A stretch of 64,000 nucleotides of DNA. It comes from the human T2T-CHM13v2.0 reference genome, Homo sapiens. Below, in pieces: positions 56,976 to 64,000 of the stretch; the stretch's first letter is position 1; each line of letters starts with the position of its first letter. Both the position numbers and the translations under genes were made by a program. The notes below the pieces were generated by a model. It was not told the origin of the DNA, made no database searches, and was given only the letters and a program-made list of their open reading frames with translations. The stretch lies in NCBI RefSeq assembly GCF_009914755.1, contig NC_060947.1; one strand, written 5' to 3'.

Positions 56976-59900
56976 TTAAAAAGAAAAACAGGGAACTTCT
57001 GCATCTGATGAAGATGGAATGTCCCCTTCCTCCCAGGGTCTTCTCCTAAGAAACCCTGTGCATAACACAGCAAACAAGAATAGGAAGACTCTGAAAGGTT
57101 GAAAGGAGAAAGCAGAATTCTTAGGGACCTTAGTTAGACTGAGGAACAACACAACAGTGAATTTCCTGGGTTTCCTTATCACCTCCCTTACATCCCAGAG
57201 AGGGCACTGTGCAGAAGCCTCCAACTCTCCAACCCAGAACTGCCAAGTACAGATTAAAAAAAAAAAAAAAAAAAACAACTCCATGAAAAGCCTGATAGCT
57301 CTAGCTGTCAGGCATAACAACAGAAAACTTTTTTGGCAATACCTGCCCTACTCCAACCAAACACCAGTAGAAAATCTGTACCCTTCCCTGCTGTGGGATC
57401 TTCCAATGCCCACCAGGCAAAAGCAGCTGGTGCTCTGATTCCCATGCAGAGGTACTGGTAAAGCTGAGCAGAAAGCTGACCTTCTACTCCCTGCCAAACA
57501 AAAGCAGGCAGTTTGCTGATTGCCCCACAGTGTAGTGTCAGTGGGGTCCAACAGCAAACTGAGCCTCCATCCTCACCAGGTAGCAATGAGACTTAAAGAG
57601 GCAGAAAGATATAGTTCATACCCTGATCACCCCCCATCCCAAGTGTTAGCAGAGCCCAGCAGCAGGGAGCTAAGTATCCAGCCCCACATGGCATAAATAG
57701 GACTGAACAAGGCAATGCCAGTCAGATCTAATCAGCACTCCACTGTCCACTATCCCCCCGCCACTAATGTCAGCTGGGCTCAGTAGGGAGCTGAGCCTCC
57801 GAATCTACCCGACATTAACAAGGCAGAATGAGGTGACATGAGGTGGGTTTAGTACAGTCTTTGCTTTCTCCCACCCCTAGTATTAGTGGGGCCCAGTTGG
57901 GAGATGAACCCTTCCACACCAGGCATTGATGGGACAGAAGGAGGTGGTGAGTGGTGGGGTTTGTTGGCATTCCACTTTTCCTTTTCACTCCCTTGGTGTC
58001 TGCAGGGCTCAGCACAAAGCTGAGCTACTGCCTCCACTGTAACAAAAAAGCAGAGTGAGTCAACCCTTGGCTTCCCCGCACCCTCACTAGTGTCAATGGG
58101 AACCAATAAGGATGCAGGCTTACATTCCCATTAGGAGGCAGTGTGGTGGCAAACGTCAGTGCCCCATTTTCACTGGGAAGGTGTTGATGGGGCCAGTGTG
58201 GGAACTGAATTTCTACCCCACACATCTACAACAAGGCAACAGGAGTCAGTGCCTACTTTTGCCAGAGTAGTATCATTGGGCACCAGAGAGCAGCTGAACA
58301 TACACACCCACTCAGCCTTCATGCTGTACCTCAACCAGGGGACAACCTGTTAAAAAAAGAAAAAGAAGAATTAGTAGAATCCATAGTCTAATAATATAAT
58401 ATCCAAATGTTCAGGATATAGTCAAAAGTCACTCATCATATCAAGAACCAGGAAAATCACATGAATGAGAAAAGATAATCAACAGACACCAACGAGGAGA
58501 TGAATCTGATGATGGAATTATCTGACAAAGATTTAAAATCAGCCATCATAAAACGCTTCAACAGATAATTACAAATTATCTTCAAACAAGTGAAAAAATA
58601 TAGAAAATCTCAGCAAAGAAATAGAAGTTATTTAAAAAGAACCAAAGGGAGATTATAGAACTGAAAAACACAATAACCAAAAGAGTGGATTTGACAGAGG
58701 ATAAAATCAGTGAATTCAAGGACACATCAATAGAATTTTCCCAATCTGAGCAAGAGAAAAAATAGACTGAAAATAATAGGCATTCCTCACATTTTCATAT
58801 TACAGATGAGGATAAAGAGGCCCAGGCAGGGCTCAGCAGGTGACAGAGTTGGTATCTGAATCAAAATAAATGTCCCTGTCATTATATCTCATGTCTGATG
58901 CAATTCAGTGTATTTAAGGGAAACTGCCTTGCAATTAAGGTTGTTAAATAGTAAAATGGATTGGTAAAGGGGTTGGTAACTAGTACTTTAACATGTATTG
59001 TATGTTAACATTGTTAACATGTATTTGTTTGAAATAGCTTAGGCAGACTTCGCCCTAAAGAATGAAATATAGACAATGTAGCCTTTACTACAAGCTAGGA
59101 TCCCTGTTATGAGAAGATTTTTAAATTAATAAATACTTTGCATTTTCAAAGGAAAAAAAAATGGACTGAAAAAAATGAACAATCTCAGGAACTGGTGAGA
59201 TGATAAAATAGATAACATTTGTCTCATGGAATACTAAAAAGAAGAGACAGAGGGCTGATAAAATGTTTGTAGGATTGAAAAAGTACTTGAAGAATAATGG
59301 CTGAACACTTTCCAAATTTGGTGAGAGACAGAAGCTTAGAGATTGATTCAAGAAGTGGAGTGAATCCCAAACAGGATAAATCTAAAGAAAAACATGCCAA
59401 GACACATAACTTCTGAAAAGTTCTGAAAATGAAAGACACAAAACAGAAAGAAAAGGAACCATGAAATCCAAAAAGAAATAAATGCATTATTTATGGTGGA
59501 ACACCAATTTGAATCACAGGGTATTTCTCATGTGAAACCATGAAGACCAGAAGGAAATAACACATTTTTCAAGTATTGGAAGAAAAGACCTGTCAATTGC
59601 AAATTCTATATCAAGCAAAAATTTTGTTCAGTAATAAAGAAGAAGTAAAGATATTCTTGGAATAAGGAAAACTAAGAATTTGTTGCTAGCAAATCTATCC
59701 TTAAAGAATTGCTAAAAGAGACTTTCTAAAAAAAAAGTGGAAATGATAACAGAAGAAGGTGTGGAACTTCAAAAAGGAAAGAAGAACATCAGAATAAGTA
59801 AAAACAAGAAACTAGAAAGAGAAGAGCAAAATAAACTAAAAAGAAGAGGAAGGGAAATAGTAAAAAGCAGAAATCAGTGATATTAAAAACAGGAACACAA

Positions 59901-62900
59901 TATAGAAAATCAATGAAGCAAAACTAAATTGTTTTAAAAATCAGTGAAATCAATAAAACTTTAGCAAGCCTGGCAAAGATAAAAAAGAGAGAAGACACAA
60001 ATTACCAATCTCAAAAATAAAGCATAGGATATCACTACAGATCCTGCAGCCATTAAAGGAATATAAAGGAATACTATGAGCAACTGTGTGTTCACAAATT
60101 CAAAAACTTAGGAGTGGAACAATTTCTCAAAATCCACAAACTACCATACTCAATCACAATAAAATAGACAACCTGAATAGTTCTATAACCACTGGGTGAA
60201 AAATGATTTTGTAATTAAAGGGCTCCTGAATGATTTCACTGGAAAATTCTATCAAACATTTTAAAAAGAATTAATACCAATTTTACACAATATCTTCCAA
60301 AAAACAGCAGAGGTGGGAACACTTGCCAACTCATTTTATGAGACTAATACTACCCAGATACCAATAACCATACAAAGACAGTACCAAAGAAAAGAAAGAA
60401 CAAAAAAACTACAGAATACCTCTCATAAACAAAAAAAATCCTCAATAAAATATTGACAAATCCAGGAATATACTATAAAAAGAATTATACATCAAGACCA
60501 AATGGGATTTATTTTAGGTATGCAAGGCTGGTTAAACATTTGAAAATAAATCATTGTAATAGACCCTATCAACAGGCTAAGGAAGGAGAATCATACAATC
60601 ATATTAATTGACATAGAAAAAGCATTTGAGAAAATCCAACACCTAGTCATGATAAAAACTCTCAGGAATAAATAGGAACCACCTCAACTTGATGAACATC
60701 TACAAAAAACCCACAGCTAACATCATACTTTTTTTTTGAAACAAGTTCTCACTCTGTTGCCCATGCTGGAATACAGTGGTGCAATCTTGGCTCACTACAG
60801 GCTTGACCTCCCAGTGTCAAGTGATCCTTCTGCCTCAGCCCCCTGAGTAGCTGGGACTGTAGGTGTGTGCCACCACACCCAGCTAATTTTCATATTTTTG
60901 TAGAGACAGGGTTTCACCATGTCGCCCAGGCTGGTCTCGAACTCCTGAGCTCAAGGGATCTGTCTGCCTCAGACTCTCAAAATGCTGGGATTACAGGCAT
61001 GAGCCACCTCATCTGGCTTCAACATCATACTTTATGGTACAAGACTAAATGTTTTCTTCCTAAGTCTTGGAACAAAGCAAGAATGTCCACTCTCAGCATT
61101 TATTCAACATAGTGCAAGAAGTTTTAGCCACCATAAAAGGTATATAGATTGGAAAGGAAGAAATGAAACTACCTCTATTTGCAAATGACACAATTATGTA
61201 TATAGAAAATTCCAAGAAATCTACCAGAAACTCCTAGAAATAATAAGTGAGTTCAGCAAGGTAGCAGGATACAAAAATCAACACACAAAATTAATCATAT
61301 TTCTATATACTACAATAAACATGTAGAAACCAACTTTCAAAACAATACCATTGCATTCTCCACAAAGAAAATGAAATACTTACTTATAAACTTAAGAAAG
61401 CATGCACAAGATCTATATGGTGAAAATTACATACTGATGGAAGAAGTAAAAGAATAAACAAATGGAGAATCAGTGTTCATTGATTAGAATACCCAACAAG
61501 GTAAAGTTGTGAGTTTTCCCCCAAATTACTGTATAGGCTTAATGCAATTCCTATCAAAAGCCAACAAGGTTTTTTGTAGACACAGACAAGCTTATTCTAA
61601 AATTTATTTGAAAAGGCATAAGCCCTAAAATAGCTAAAACAATATTGAAAAAGAAGAATAAAGTGGGAGGGATCATTCTCCCCAACATTAAGACCTACTA
61701 TATGTCTACAGTAATCAAAACAGTATGGTATTGGTGGTGGAATAGACACATAGATAAAGGAAACAGAGTAGAGAACCTGGGTTCTCTAGACTCACATAAA
61801 TATGCTCAACTGATTTTTGACAAAGATGCAAAAGAAATTCAATGAAGGAAGGACAGCCTTTTCAACAAATGGTGCTGGGGAAATTGGACATCCATAGGTT
61901 AAAAAACAAAACAAAAACCTTTACTAAATCTCATACCTCAAGTAAAAAATTAACTCAAAATGGATCACAGACATAAATATAAAATGTAAAACTATAAAAC
62001 TTTTAGAGAAAAACATTATAGGAGAAAATTGTCATGATCTAGGACTAGGCAAAGAGTTCTTAGATTTGACCCCAAAAGCATGATCCAGGAAAACTGATAA
62101 ATCAGACCTCATCAAAATTTAAAACTTTGATCTGTGAAAGACCCTGTTGAAAACATGGAAAAACAAGCAACAGACTGGGAGAAAATATTTGCAAACTACA
62201 TAGCTGACAAAGGAATAATATCTAGAATATATAAAGAACCCTCAAAAACCCAAAGTTAAAAAAAAATCCATAAGAAAATAGGCAAAAGACCTCAACAGAC
62301 ATTTCACCAAAGAGGATATTCAAATGGCAAATAAATGCATGAAAATATGTTAAATATCATCAGCCATCAGGAAAATGCAAATTTAAACTACAATGAAATA
62401 GCAGTACACACCTATCAGAATGACTACAATAAAAAATAGTGAGCTGGGCACGGTGGCTCACCCCTCTAATCCCAGAACTTTGGGAGGCCGAGGCGAGTGG
62501 ATCACCTGAGGTCGGGGGTTCAAAACCATCCTGGCCAACATGGTGAAACCCCGTCTCTACTAAAAATAATACAAAATTAGCCAGGCATGGTGGCACATGC
62601 CTGTAATCCCAGCTACTTGGGAGGCTGAGGCAGAAGAATCGCTTGAACCTGGGAGGCAGAGGTTGCAGTGAGCCAAAAAATTGCGCCATTGCACTCCAGC
62701 CTGGGCAACAAAAGTGAAACTCCATCTCAAAAAAAAAAAAAAAAAAGTGAAAATACCAAATGCTTGCAAAGATGTAGAGAAATGGAATCACTTATAAATT
62801 GCTAGTGGTAATGGGAAAATGGTACAGCCACTCTGGAAAAGAGTGTAAAACTTTCTTAGAAAACTAAACATGGCTTACCATACAACCCAGCAATTGCACT

Positions 62901-62911
62901 GACTTACATCC
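56976..62911 (+). mobile_element. Old L1M (5'UTR, ORF1 and ORF2 remnants) with AluJ (60729-61017, -) and AluS (62441-62746, +)
   Basis: ORF2 peptide KTVWYW...QLIFDKDAK; A-rich ORF1 remnants; GC-richer 5'UTR at 57.0-58.35 kb. Confidence 0.85.
58774..59155 (+). other. TSD-flanked polyadenylated non-L1 insert (retroposed 3' end of an unidentified transcript)
   Basis: 17-bp TSD with one mismatch, AATAAA at 59128-59133, A-tract starting about 20 nt later. Confidence 0.7.
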
Positions 62912-64000
62912 CTGTCTTAGTTCATTTTTGCTGCTATAACAGAATACCATAGACTAGGGGGCTTATAAACAAGAGAAATTTATTTCTCATGGTTCTGAAG
63001 GCTGGGAAGTCCAAGATCAAGGCACCAGCAGATATGGTACCCAGTGAGGGCCCATTTCCTGATTCACAGATGGCCATCTTTTCACTGTATCCTCACAGAG
63101 CAGAAGGGGCAAAAGAAGTCTCCGGGATCTCTTTTATGAGGGCACTAATCCAATCATGAGGGCCCCACCCTCATGACCTAATCACCTCCCAAAGGCCCCA
63201 ATCTCCAAATACCATCACCTTAGGGATTAGGATTTCAACATATGACTTTTGGGGGTACACAAACATTCAGTATATTGCATTCTGTCCCTGGTCCCCCAAA
63301 ATTCATGACCTTCTCACATGTGAAATATATTCATTCCATTCCAATAAACCCAAAAGTCTTAACTCATTTCAGTATCAACTTTAAAATCTAAGTCCAAAGT
63401 CTCATCCAAATATTATCTAAATCAGATATGGATGATATTCAAGATAGGATTCATCCTAAGGCAAATTCCTGCCAGCTGTGAACCTGTGAAACCAAACATG
63501 TTATGTGCTTCCACAGTTCAATGGTGGGACAGGTATAGACAGACATTCCCATTCCAAAAGAGAGAAAGAAGAAAGAAGAAAAAGGGGATAGGTCTCAAGT
63601 AAGTTTAAAACCTAACAGGGCAAATTCCATTAGACCTTAAGGCTTGAGAATAATTTCTTTGACTTGATGCTCTGACATCCAGGCCCACTGGGTGACAATG
63701 TTGAGTGGCAATGTCACTTTCACAGCTTTATGGTATGACTCCATGGCAGGATCTGTGCCCTCATGCCACAGATCTTCCAGGTTGTCACTGTGTGCCTGCA
63801 GCCATGGTGTTTCAGCCTTTGAAACCTAGGTGCAAGCAGCCACGCCCCCACCTCAGCCTATGCATTCTGCATACCAGAGAAGACAGTACCACATGGACAT
63901 CACCAAAGTTTGCTATCTGCACCCTCCAGAGGGGCAGCCACCACAGTCCATGCTGCACCAGGACCCATGGGAGCTGCACCTGGGGTGACAAAGTAGTACA
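62912..64000 (-). mobile_element. MLT1A-like LTR (62912-63279) plus adjoining MaLR internal sequence
   Basis: ggctgggaagtccaagatcaagg LTR signature, then aaaagtcttaactcatttcagtatcaac and cattcccattccaaaag MaLR-int motifs. Confidence 0.85.

Overview
Primate (most likely human) intergenic DNA dominated by transposable elements: many Alus, L1 fragments of several ages, MaLR and ERV1 LTRs, DNA transposons, MIR and L2. No intact protein-coding gene is evident. The ORF track reduces to a frameshifted full-length processed beta-actin (ACTB) pseudogene (about 678-2492, minus strand), decayed L1 ORF pieces and Alu/microsatellite pseudo-ORFs. The most notable structures are: (i) an unidentified ~380-bp polyadenylated, TSD-flanked retroposed 3'-UTR-like segment inside an old L1 (58774-59155); (ii) three deep nested-insertion stacks with readable target-site duplications; (iii) a (GGAA)16 microsatellite and AP-1/ETS motif clusters in the unique-sequence islands (about 24-25.9, 32-35.7 and 38.6-41.9 kb); (iv) a templated-insertion repair scar and an internally primed Alu. 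I found no convincing new biological system. Repeat subfamily names come from recalled consensus sequences and need RepeatMasker/Dfam confirmation.
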